64,000 nucleotides of DNA from an uncultured Alphaproteobacteria bacterium (GTDB taxonomy: Bacteria > Pseudomonadota > Alphaproteobacteria > HIMB59 > GCA-002718135): positions 40,588 through 104,587 of the forward strand of contig CABYRE010000002.1 of NCBI GenBank assembly GCA_902521325.1. The letters run 5' to 3'. A program made the position numbers and the translations under genes. Positions 49,785 to 57,702 of this stretch are shown piece by piece (position 1 is the stretch's first letter; each line of letters starts with the position of its first letter). The notes below the pieces were generated by a model, which worked only from the letters and a program-made list of their open reading frames with translations, was not told the DNA's origin and did not search any database.

Positions 49785-50430
49785 ATTTCTAGTATTTTTT
49801 ATTATATTTGTAATTAACACATCCTATGCAAATAATTTTAGTGCAGAATATAAAGTCAGCACAACAGGAATAAAAATTGGTAATTTTAGTTGGTCATTAA
49901 ATATTAATGATAATATTTTTCAAACAGAAATTAATTTGAAAAATTCTGGCATTTTTTCGCCTTTATATAAATTTGAAGGAAGCTATCTTTCAACTGGGGT
50001 TATTGAAAACAACATGTTTAAGACCAAGAATTATAAACAGTTTTGGAAAACTAATAAGAAAATAAAAATAGTTAAAATGTCTTTTGATGATTATTTAATT
50101 GAATTAAAACAAGAGCCTATAGAAGAAGAAAGAGCTAGAGTAGACCTAGAAGACTTATATTTATATTTTGACCCAATTACCTCTTTTATAAATATTTTAA
50201 ATGGAGAAAATGAGGCAAAAACAATTGATGGGAGAAGAATTTACACACTTAAACAAAACAAAAGTGAGGATGGAAATATAATTTTAGAAATTGAAGACTA
50301 TGTAAATATTTGGGCAGACCATAAAAGAAATGATTTAAAAAAAATTGAATTTTTAGTTAAAGATGATTTACTTCCATATGAAATTCTTATTCATTTCAAA
50401 AAAAGGGTGTTTAAGTTAGAAAGAATTTAA
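49759..50430 (+). CDS. DUF3108-like secreted protein.
   Basis: Has a signal peptide, then FSAEYKVSTTGIKIGNFSWSL..., the DUF3108 opening pattern as I remember it. Overlaps the GT-C gene. Confidence 0.5.
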   Translation: MFTRFCLNKFLVFFIIFVINTSYANNFSAEYKVSTTGIKIGNFSWSLNINDNIFQTEINLKNSGIFSPLYKFEGSYLSTGVIENNMFKTKNYKQFWKTNKKIKIVKMSFDDYLIELKQEPIEEERARVDLEDLYLYFDPITSFINILNGENEAKTIDGRRIYTLKQNKSEDGNIILEIEDYVNIWADHKRNDLKKIEFLVKDDLLPYEILIHFKKRVFKLERI

Positions 50431-50966
50431 AACTTTTTTTTTCTTAAATAGACAAAAAGAGCTCCGTCACCCCCATGTTCAAAACCCGCATCTTGATATG
50501 TTAGGATATATTTCTTAAGATTGTCTTCGTTTATCCAATTTATTATTGAGTTTTTAATCTTTCCATAGAAAAGTTTGGGGTTTGTGTCTTGCTCATTTTG
50601 ATTTTTTTTATGAACACCCTTTCCAGTAATTATAAGCAAACATCTTTTATTCTTGTTATAATTTTTTTTCACCTCACTTATAAATTTTTCATGCGCTTCG
50701 ACTAAACCGTACCCGTGAAGATCAATTCTTCTATCTATATTAATTTTTCCTCTCTTAAGCTCCTTATTAACCTCACCAAATGATAATTTAAACTCTGGGC
50801 TACTAACTTTGTGTTCAGTTATTGTTTTTTTGCTGGTATTTATAGTATTAGTTTTTTTATCTAATTTTACATTTTTTTTATTAGTTGTTTTCGTTTTAAC
50901 TATAGAGGTGTCTTTTTTAAAAGGTTTTACACCTTTCATGTTTTTTAAAAAAAAATCTTCTTCCAT
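50427..50966 (-). CDS. Smr-domain protein.
   Basis: C-terminal IDLHGYGLVEAHEKF...LLIITGKG... Confidence 0.8.
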   Translation of the reverse strand: MEEDFFLKNMKGVKPFKKDTSIVKTKTTNKKNVKLDKKTNTINTSKKTITEHKVSSPEFKLSFGEVNKELKRGKINIDRRIDLHGYGLVEAHEKFISEVKKNYNKNKRCLLIITGKGVHKKNQNEQDTNPKLFYGKIKNSIINWINEDNLKKYILTYQDAGFEHGGDGALFVYLRKKKF

Positions 50967-51394
50967 TATTTTTTTGTATAGTTTTTAATTAAATTCTTTA
51001 CTCTTTCCGGTGTTTGCAAATACCACAAGCTGTCTAACATCTCTAGTGATGCCATGAATTTTTGTTTTTTATTTAGAAAATGGAGCATTTTTTTAAATTT
51101 AGAGACGCCTTTTGCCCCAAGTTGAAAAATCATTTCTACTAATAATTCTTTCTCAGAGGTTGTGTGATGTTTTTTAAAAAAATTTTTTTTGTATTGTTCG
51201 TTTGCTTTTATAAAATCTATCTCAAACAATTTTTCAAAATATTTTTTTTTAAATTTTTTAATGTAATATTTATTTTCTTTTTCTGTAATGAGATGGCCAT
51301 AGCCAATAGTATAAAACCCTAATTGATCTTGATAAGGCTTATCAGAATAACCTTCGTTTTTTTTAATTCGATCTTTGAGTTCTTTAAAAGACAA
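50966..51394 (-). CDS. GH24 (T4/lambda-type) lysozyme-like muramidase.
   Basis: KKNEGYSDKPYQDQLGFYTIGYGHLI aligns with the T4 lysozyme EG...Y.D..G..TIG.GH block. The catalytic Glu, Asp and Thr positions are all present. Confidence 0.7.
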   Translation of the reverse strand: MSFKELKDRIKKNEGYSDKPYQDQLGFYTIGYGHLITEKENKYYIKKFKKKYFEKLFEIDFIKANEQYKKNFFKKHHTTSEKELLVEMIFQLGAKGVSKFKKMLHFLNKKQKFMASLEMLDSLWYLQTPERVKNLIKNYTKK

Positions 51395-51397
51395 ATA

Positions 51398-51979
51398 TTA
51401 AGTTTGAGTTAGTATCCATATAGGGCTAGTGGAGTTTACAGGTTTTTCAAAAGTCCAAGTGTCTTTATTTTTAACAATAGAACCTTCATCGTTATTTAAC
51501 ATCTGTTCACTAATAAAATTAACCGATATTGATATCGTGTTATTTTCTACTTTCGCATCTGCGATACCTTCTACAATGAGTGAATAAAATTGTGATTCTG
51601 GATTATTTGTTTTTTCATCAATTGCTTTTTCAAAAGCAGAATAAACATCCTTTGACACAAGATTTTTCAGTGTTTTTTTATCTCCATTATTGAAAGATGA
51701 AATTATAATTTCAAATGCTTTCTTGGCGCCCTCAAGAAATTCTCGGTGATTAAAATTATTTACTTTTTTATATACAGCTCCAAGCTTTGTCTCATTATCC
51801 ATTAAAGAAGGTATGTTTTGAACATCCTCTTGTTTTTTGGTTTCTTGAGGTTTTGGCTCTGATATATTTTTTTGAAACCCTGTTCTTTTACCCAGAACAC
51901 TCCTCAATCTATAAATAATAAATCCAGCAATAGCCGCAAAAATTAGAATATCAAAAAATTGAAGGTCGCCGTAAATCAT
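51398..51979 (-). CDS. Tim44-like domain membrane protein.
   Basis: N-terminal TM helix (ILIFAAIAGFIIYRL) plus a C-terminal Tim44-like domain (...WTFEKP......W.L). Conserved position next to dnaQ in alphaproteobacteria. Confidence 0.65.
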   Translation of the reverse strand: MIYGDLQFFDILIFAAIAGFIIYRLRSVLGKRTGFQKNISEPKPQETKKQEDVQNIPSLMDNETKLGAVYKKVNNFNHREFLEGAKKAFEIIISSFNNGDKKTLKNLVSKDVYSAFEKAIDEKTNNPESQFYSLIVEGIADAKVENNTISISVNFISEQMLNNDEGSIVKNKDTWTFEKPVNSTSPIWILTQT

Positions 51980-52009
51980 TTGATTTCAATATAATAACTT
52001 TTTCAAATA

Positions 52010-52684
52010 TTAATAGTTATATTTTTTCCAAAGAGGGTTTTTTAGTTTTTTTAACATTTCTTTATGGGCAAGATAATCTTCTTTATTAACTTCTATTATT
52101 TTGGTTTTTGTTTCGTTTTTGTTGTTAATTTGTGTGTTTTTTTCATCAATGTTTGAATTCAGCTCCATAGAAAATTGCTTACCCCCCCTTAACTCTAAAT
52201 AAACTGCGGCTAAAAGTTGGGAGTCAAGTAAGGCTCCGTGAAATGATCTGTCTGATAAATCAATGTTAAATCTTCTACACAAATAGTCGAGGTTAGCTAT
52301 TCTTGTATTTAGAACTTCTCTTGCAAGAGAAACGGTATCAACTACAGGATTATCTAAATGGGGTAATCCTAAGATTGACAACTCATTATTTATAAAACCT
52401 AAATCAAATGATGCATTGTGAATTATCAATGTGTCATTTTTCAAAAAATTTAAGAGATTCTTATGGTTTTCTTCAAATGGTCTTTGTTGATTAAGAAAAT
52501 CATCTGAAAGGCCCACAATGTTTTTTGCCCCCTCACTTATACTTCTGTCTGGTTTGCAGTAAAATTGGAGTGTGTTTCCTGTAGGAACATAGTTTTTGAG
52601 TTCAACACAACCAACTTCTATTATTCTGTCGCCGGTCTTATAATCAAGGCCCGTGGTTTCTGTATCAATAACTATTTCTCTCAT
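52010..52684 (-). CDS. dnaQ: DNA polymerase III epsilon subunit (3'-5' exonuclease).
   Basis: Exo motifs VIDTETTGL, HNASFDLGF and HGALLDSQLLA. Confidence 0.9.
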   Translation of the reverse strand: MREIVIDTETTGLDYKTGDRIIEVGCVELKNYVPTGNTLQFYCKPDRSISEGAKNIVGLSDDFLNQQRPFEENHKNLLNFLKNDTLIIHNASFDLGFINNELSILGLPHLDNPVVDTVSLAREVLNTRIANLDYLCRRFNIDLSDRSFHGALLDSQLLAAVYLELRGGKQFSMELNSNIDEKNTQINNKNETKTKIIEVNKEDYLAHKEMLKKLKNPLWKKYNY

Positions 52685-52692
52685 TGTTTTAA

Positions 52693-53283
52693 TTAAAGCT
52701 TATTTATTAACTTATTAATCTTGATTTTATAATCTTTTAATGTCGAGTTGTTGTAAATAACATAATTAGATTTCTTTTTTCTTATAACGTCTGAGGTTTG
52801 TGATTTAATTATATTTTTAAACTGTGTTTCTGTCATTTTTCTCGTTTTTTTTAATCTTTTTAATCTCACTTGTTTGGGGGCTATTATCGATATTACTTTG
52901 TTGAACTGTTTCTCTAAATTGTTTTCAAACAATAATGGTATATCAATAAATATTAATCTTGTTTTTTTTTGTTTTTCTTCTTTTATAAAAATAGATCTCT
53001 TTTTTCTAACTATTTTAAATATGTATAACTCGAGCTTTTTTCTTATCTGTTTATTTTCAAAAATAATCTTTGATATAATTTTTTTATCTATGTTTTTTTT
53101 TGAAATGCTCCTCGACAAACCTATGGTACGTAAATAAGTAACAAATTTTTTATCAGGGTTTTTATATATTTTGGCCACCTGCTCATCTGAACTGTGAATT
53201 TTAAAACCTTTTTCTTTTAATTCAATACAAAGGGTGGATTTACCCGATCCTATCCCGCCTGTTATTGCTATGGTTTTTGTCAT
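52693..53283 (-). CDS. coaE: Dephospho-CoA kinase.
   Basis: P-loop ITGGIGSGKST, plus synteny. Confidence 0.85.
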   Translation of the reverse strand: MTKTIAITGGIGSGKSTLCIELKEKGFKIHSSDEQVAKIYKNPDKKFVTYLRTIGLSRSISKKNIDKKIISKIIFENKQIRKKLELYIFKIVRKKRSIFIKEEKQKKTRLIFIDIPLLFENNLEKQFNKVISIIAPKQVRLKRLKKTRKMTETQFKNIIKSQTSDVIRKKKSNYVIYNNSTLKDYKIKINKLINKL

Positions 53284-54065
53284 TAAATTTTTTTATAAAT
53301 AGCGTTAAGCATTTTTTCATCTACAGATGGGTTTTTACCAAACCACATTTTAAAACACGGTTTAGCCTGTTCTATCAACATTGATATTCCATAAATCTTT
53401 TTATTCTTTTGAAACTGTTTGAGAAATGGGGTGTTTTTTGGGCTGTAAACAATGTCGCTTACAATTGTGGAATTAATAATAAGTTTTAAGTGTTTTTTCA
53501 ACACAGGGTTTATTGGTGTGGTATTAATTATTAAAAAAGCTCCCTCAAGGTGTGTTTCAAGATCACTATATTTTTTTGTATACTCAGTGTTTTTTGAATA
53601 CTTAATTTTTTTCTTAGATCTGTTGAAAATTAAAATATCTTTAAAACCCTTCTTCTTTAAAACATAGTGAATAGCGTGTGATGCGCCTCCATAACCCAAA
53701 ATAATAACTTTTCTGTTTTTAGTTCTTTTTATCCTTGGTAGGGTTTTGTAATATCCTGTCCAATCAGTATTGGTTCCATTTATAGTTTTTTTATTTGTTA
53801 CACAGTTTACAGCACCAATTTTTTTTGCATGAGCATCTATTTTGCCAAGGTGTTTGATAATTTTGTTTTTAAATGGGATGGTTACATTTAGACCAAGCGT
53901 ATCTTTTTTTTCCAAAACCTCTTTTATTTTTTTATGAAAGTTTTTTTCTGTAAGCTCTAAATATCCGTAACTTGCTTTAATGTTATATTTTTTAAACCAA
54001 TAGTTAAATATTGTTGGCGAAAGACTTTTAGATACCTTGTTCCCAACTACGTAAAGTTTTTTCAT
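53283..54065 (-). CDS. aroE: Shikimate 5-dehydrogenase.
   Basis: Contains ...SLSPTIFN..., LNVTIPFK, GAVNCV, NTDW.G and LGYGGASHA. Confidence 0.85.
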   Translation of the reverse strand: MKKLYVVGNKVSKSLSPTIFNYWFKKYNIKASYGYLELTEKNFHKKIKEVLEKKDTLGLNVTIPFKNKIIKHLGKIDAHAKKIGAVNCVTNKKTINGTNTDWTGYYKTLPRIKRTKNRKVIILGYGGASHAIHYVLKKKGFKDILIFNRSKKKIKYSKNTEYTKKYSDLETHLEGAFLIINTTPINPVLKKHLKLIINSTIVSDIVYSPKNTPFLKQFQKNKKIYGISMLIEQAKPCFKMWFGKNPSVDEKMLNAIYKKI

Positions 54066-54652
54066 TTTTTTGAATATAAATAATCTAGCAAATTAAATAA
54101 AGGCAATCCCATAACATTAAAATAATCTCCTTTTATGCTCTCAATAATATTGGGCCCCAAGCTCTCTATTTGATAACACCCAACAGAGCTTAGTATTTGT
54201 TTACCTGTTTTTTTTAAGTATGTTGTTATTTCACTGTTATTAAGCTTTCTTATTTTAACCTGGGTTTTTTCGTAATTTTCCCAAACTTTAGAACCATTCA
54301 AACAAATAGTTAAGCCCGATACTATTAAGTGTGTCTTTCCTGATAGAGACTTGATTTTTTTTTGGGCTTTCTCAATAGAGTTTACTTTATCTAGAATTTT
54401 TCCATTGTGATAAATGACTGTATCACAGCCCAAAACAATCTTATTGGCATACAATTTTTTTATACTTACACTTCTTGCTTTTTCATAGGAAAGTTTTTTT
54501 GCAAAAATCTCAGGCTTTGTATTTCTATTAATAGTTTGTTTAATATCCTCTTCATTGCAATTTGGTTTTTTTTGTGTGAAATTTAATCCTGCATTTTTTA
54601 ATATTTTGTATCTAGATTTGCTTGAACTGGCTAATATAAATTTTTGGTGCAT
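54062..54652 (-). CDS. maf: Maf-like nucleoside-triphosphate pyrophosphatase.
   Basis: Contains FILASSSKSRYKIL, GCDTV and GCYQIE. I trimmed the track start from 54685 to the ATG at 54652 (MHQKFILASSS), where Maf homology begins. Confidence 0.8.
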   Translation of the reverse strand: MHQKFILASSSKSRYKILKNAGLNFTQKKPNCNEEDIKQTINRNTKPEIFAKKLSYEKARSVSIKKLYANKIVLGCDTVIYHNGKILDKVNSIEKAQKKIKSLSGKTHLIVSGLTICLNGSKVWENYEKTQVKIRKLNNSEITTYLKKTGKQILSSVGCYQIESLGPNIIESIKGDYFNVMGLPLFNLLDYLYSKK

Positions 54653-55074
54653 AAGTGTGTTAATAAAAGTTATAGTTATAAACACTATTAAATATAATTT
54701 GAATTTAAGAAATAGTTCTTTTGTTTTAAAAATGTGTTGCTAACAACTTAATAACTTGTCTGAATATTATAGGGTGGGTGTTAATATATTTATTATACAA
54801 AATTAATAACAAATTATTAGATATTTATTGCGTTGCAAATTATTTAAAAATAATAATTTTTTTTCAATATGCTTTAAATTAACATATTTGTTAGGGTTGT
54901 TATTCATATGTTGGTAAATTAAGGATGATACAATAATAAAGCAGTAATTAAGGTTTTTAACCTTACAACTAATACTACAATTAAATATATAAATTATATA
55001 TTTATTATTATTTTGACATTAACTTCAATTTTGATTATTAAAATATTTCATTTCTTAACCACCCCAACAACATT
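54653..55074. other. Candidate chromosomal replication origin (oriC). May also contain the rho promoter and leader.
   Basis: A 422-bp non-coding spacer, about 16% G+C over 54781-55020 by hand count. Transcription is divergent on both sides, the gene neighbourhood is the alphaproteobacterial ori-flanking one, and parS-like sites lie 2.4-2.6 kb away. There is no perfect DnaA box. Confidence 0.45.
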
Positions 55075-56331
55075 ATGAATCTACAGGAATTAAAAGGAAA
55101 AGAACCACAAGAGCTTTTAAAACAGGCAGACAAGCTTGGTATAGAAAACCCTTCATCACTTAGAAAGCAAGATTTGATGTTTGCAATTTTAAAAACAATT
55201 GCTGAAGAAGGTGAAATTATCACTGGTTTAGGGGTTATAGAAATTATGCAAGATGGTTTTGGTTTTTTAAGGTCTTCAGAGTCAAATTATCTTCCAGGAC
55301 CAGATGATATTTATATTTCTCCATCACAAATTAAAAAATTTAGCCTAAGAACTGGTGATAGCGTAGAAGGTGAAATCAGGTCTCCCAAGCAAGGGGAAAG
55401 ATATTTTGCTATAACTAAAATTAATAAAATAAACGGTCAAGAAACTGAATTAGTTAAAAATAGGGTTAATTTTGAAGATTTAACACCATTGTATCCTGAA
55501 GCAAGATTTAGACTTGAACAAGAAAAACCTACGCCGGATAATACAGAAAGAATAATTGATATTATCGCTCCTCTTGGAAAAGGACAAAGACAGTTGATAG
55601 TTGCACAACCGTTTACTGGTAAAACAATAATTATGCAAAAAATTGCTAATGCTATAACCGCTAATAGTCCTGACGCTAAACTGATTGTTCTGCTAATTGA
55701 TGAAAGACCAGAAGAAGTTACAGACATGCAAAGATCAGTTAAGGGTGAGGTAATTAGCTCAACCTTTGATGAGCCTGCTTCACGCCACGTTCAAGTTGCA
55801 GAAATGGTAATTGAAAAAGCTAAAAGACTGGTTGAATATAAACACGATGTTGTAATCCTTCTTGATTCAATTACTAGACTTGGAAGAGCTTATAATACTG
55901 TTGTTCCATCTAGTGGAAAAGTGTTAACTGGTGGTGTTGATGCTAATGCCTTACAAAGACCAAAAAGATTTTTCGGAGCTGCAAGAAATGTTGAAAAAGG
56001 CGGATCACTTACAATTATTGCTACTGCTTTAATAGATACAGGAAGCAGAATGGATGAAGTTATATTTGAAGAATTTAAAGGTACTGGTAATAGTGAAATG
56101 GTTCTAGATAGAAAACTTAGCCAAAAAAGAACTTACCCAGCTTTTGATATTGGTAAGTCAGGAACAAGAAAAGAAGAATTATTACTTGATAAAGACGAGC
56201 TTGGAAAAATCTTTATTTTAAGAAAAATATTAGCCCCAATGGGAAGTACAGAAGCCATGGAGTTCTTGTTAGATAAAATGAAAAATACAAAAACTAACAG
56301 CGAGTTCTTCCAAAGCATGGGAACTAAATAA
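55075..56331 (+). CDS. rho: Transcription termination factor Rho.
   Basis: N-terminal [12 protein letters not shown], plus an RNA-binding domain, the P-loop region [10 protein letters not shown], and ...[11 protein letters not shown].... Confidence 0.93.
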   Translation: MNLQELKGKEPQELLKQADKLGIENPSSLRKQDLMFAILKTIAEEGEIITGLGVIEIMQDGFGFLRSSESNYLPGPDDIYISPSQIKKFSLRTGDSVEGEIRSPKQGERYFAITKINKINGQETELVKNRVNFEDLTPLYPEARFRLEQEKPTPDNTERIIDIIAPLGKGQRQLIVAQPFTGKTIIMQKIANAITANSPDAKLIVLLIDERPEEVTDMQRSVKGEVISSTFDEPASRHVQVAEMVIEKAKRLVEYKHDVVILLDSITRLGRAYNTVVPSSGKVLTGGVDANALQRPKRFFGAARNVEKGGSLTIIATALIDTGSRMDEVIFEEFKGTGNSEMVLDRKLSQKRTYPAFDIGKSGTRKEELLLDKDELGKIFILRKILAPMGSTEAMEFLLDKMKNTKTNSEFFQSMGTK

Positions 56332-56401
56332 ATATAAATTTTTTATAATCTTTCTTATTTACTTATTTACTTAATATCATCTTGGGTTTAATTCCCAAAA
56401 A

Positions 56402-57688
56402 ATGAAAGCTTCTAAAGAGACAATTTTTGCTCTTGCTACGCAAAGAGGTAAATCAGGTATAGCTGTTTTTAGAGTCTCGGGAAAAGGCTCCCATAAAACA
56501 ATTAAATCAATATCCTCTAAAAAAAAATTTAAAACAAACTTTGCTACATTAAACAATTTATTAGACGGAAAGAATGTTGTAGATCAGACGCTAACAACTT
56601 TTTTTAAATCACCAAAAAGCTATACAGGAGAGGATATGGTGGAAATATCTTGTCACGGAAGTATTTCTGTAATTAACAAAATAACTAAAACCCTATTAAA
56701 AAAAAAGATCAGACTTGCTGACCCTGGAGAGTTTACTAAAAGAGCTCTAATGAATGATAAGCTCAGTGTTTTAGAAGCTGAAACAATTAATGATTTAGTT
56801 AATGCAGAAACTGAAAATCAAAGAAAGATAGCTATTGGTAATTTAAGTGGGAATTTAGATAGGTTAGTTAATGAAATATCAAATAAACAAAAAAAACTTC
56901 TAGCAGATATAGAGGCCATAATTGATTTTGCTGATGAAGAACTTCCTAAAGAAATATATAAAAACATAAGAGAACAAAATAAGAACATATATAAACAAAT
57001 TGAAAATATTATCGAAAGATCAACTTTATCTAGACAAATTCATGATGGCTTTACAATAACTATTATTGGAAAGCCAAATACAGGAAAATCTTCCTTTATT
57101 AATTATATTAATAACAGAGAGGTTTCTATAGTTACTAATATACCAGGAACTACAACAGATTTAGTAAGTTCCACACTAGATATACAAGGAGATAAATACA
57201 CATTTATTGATACAGCTGGAATAAGAAAATTTAAAAATTTAATTGAAAAAATAGGTATTGAAAGATCCTTAGAGAGTGCTGAAAAGTCTGATTTAAATAT
57301 AGTTTTTCTTCAAAACAATGAAAAGCAAAACTACAGAAAAATTAAATCAAAAATATTTGTTAAATCAAAATATGATACTAATAAAAAGAAAATTAGCAGG
57401 GTGCATAGCATTTCATCAGTATCTGGTTATGGAATTGAGTCTCTTATTAAAACCATATCTTCAAAATTAAAGAAAAAACCAATTTCTGGACCAGTTTTTT
57501 CACGTGAAAGACATATGGAAAGTCTAAAGAAATCCCTTGTATTACTTAAGGGTTTAGATTTAAAAGAAATAGATATTGCTGCTGAAAATGTTAGAAGATC
57601 GATTATGTATATTGATGGAATTAATCAAAAATTTGATATTGAGAAAATTTTAGATATAATATTTAGTGATTTTTGTATAGGTAAGTAA
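56402..57688 (+). CDS. mnmE: tRNA modification GTPase MnmE (TrmE).
   Basis: G1 motif GKPNTGKSS, DTAGIR and the C-terminal FCIGK. Confidence 0.9.
   Translation: MKASKETIFALATQRGKSGIAVFRVSGKGSHKTIKSISSKKKFKTNFATLNNLLDGKNVVDQTLTTFFKSPKSYTGEDMVEISCHGSISVINKITKTLLKKKIRLADPGEFTKRALMNDKLSVLEAETINDLVNAETENQRKIAIGNLSGNLDRLVNEISNKQKKLLADIEAIIDFADEELPKEIYKNIREQNKNIYKQIENIIERSTLSRQIHDGFTITIIGKPNTGKSSFINYINNREVSIVTNIPGTTTDLVSSTLDIQGDKYTFIDTAGIRKFKNLIEKIGIERSLESAEKSDLNIVFLQNNEKQNYRKIKSKIFVKSKYDTNKKKISRVHSISSVSGYGIESLIKTISSKLKKKPISGPVFSRERHMESLKKSLVLLKGLDLKEIDIAAENVRRSIMYIDGINQKFDIEKILDIIFSDFCIGK
57496..57511. other. parS-like centromere site, 14/16 match to the consensus.
   Basis: TTTTTCACGTGAAAGA compared with TGTTTCACGTGAAACA. 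The 12-bp palindromic core TTTCACGTGAAA is perfect. It lies inside the 3' part of mnmE. Confidence 0.55.
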
Positions 57689-57702
57689 TTTCACGTGAAA
57701 AG
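57687..57702. other. parS-like centromere site, 12/16 match with a perfect 12-bp core.
   Basis: AATTTCACGTGAAAAG, at the mnmE-mnmG junction. Confidence 0.45.

Noticed and set aside
54653-54743. 11-codon extension of maf (MFITITFINTL) and the plus-strand ORF 54555..54743.
   Set aside because: Maf homology begins at MHQKFILASSS. The extension and the antisense ORF are AT-rich read-through into the spacer.
54653-55074. Search for canonical DnaA boxes (TTATCCACA / TGTGGATAA), CtrA sites (TTAA-N7-TTAA) and an IHF site in the maf-rho spacer.
   Set aside because: I found no perfect match by eye. One-mismatch DnaA-like 9-mers are reported in the finding but are not treated as evidence, because they are expected by chance at about 84% A+T.
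55038-55223. Minus-strand 61-aa ORF overlapping the rho start.
   Set aside because: It is antisense to the highly conserved rho N-terminus and has no motif or SD.
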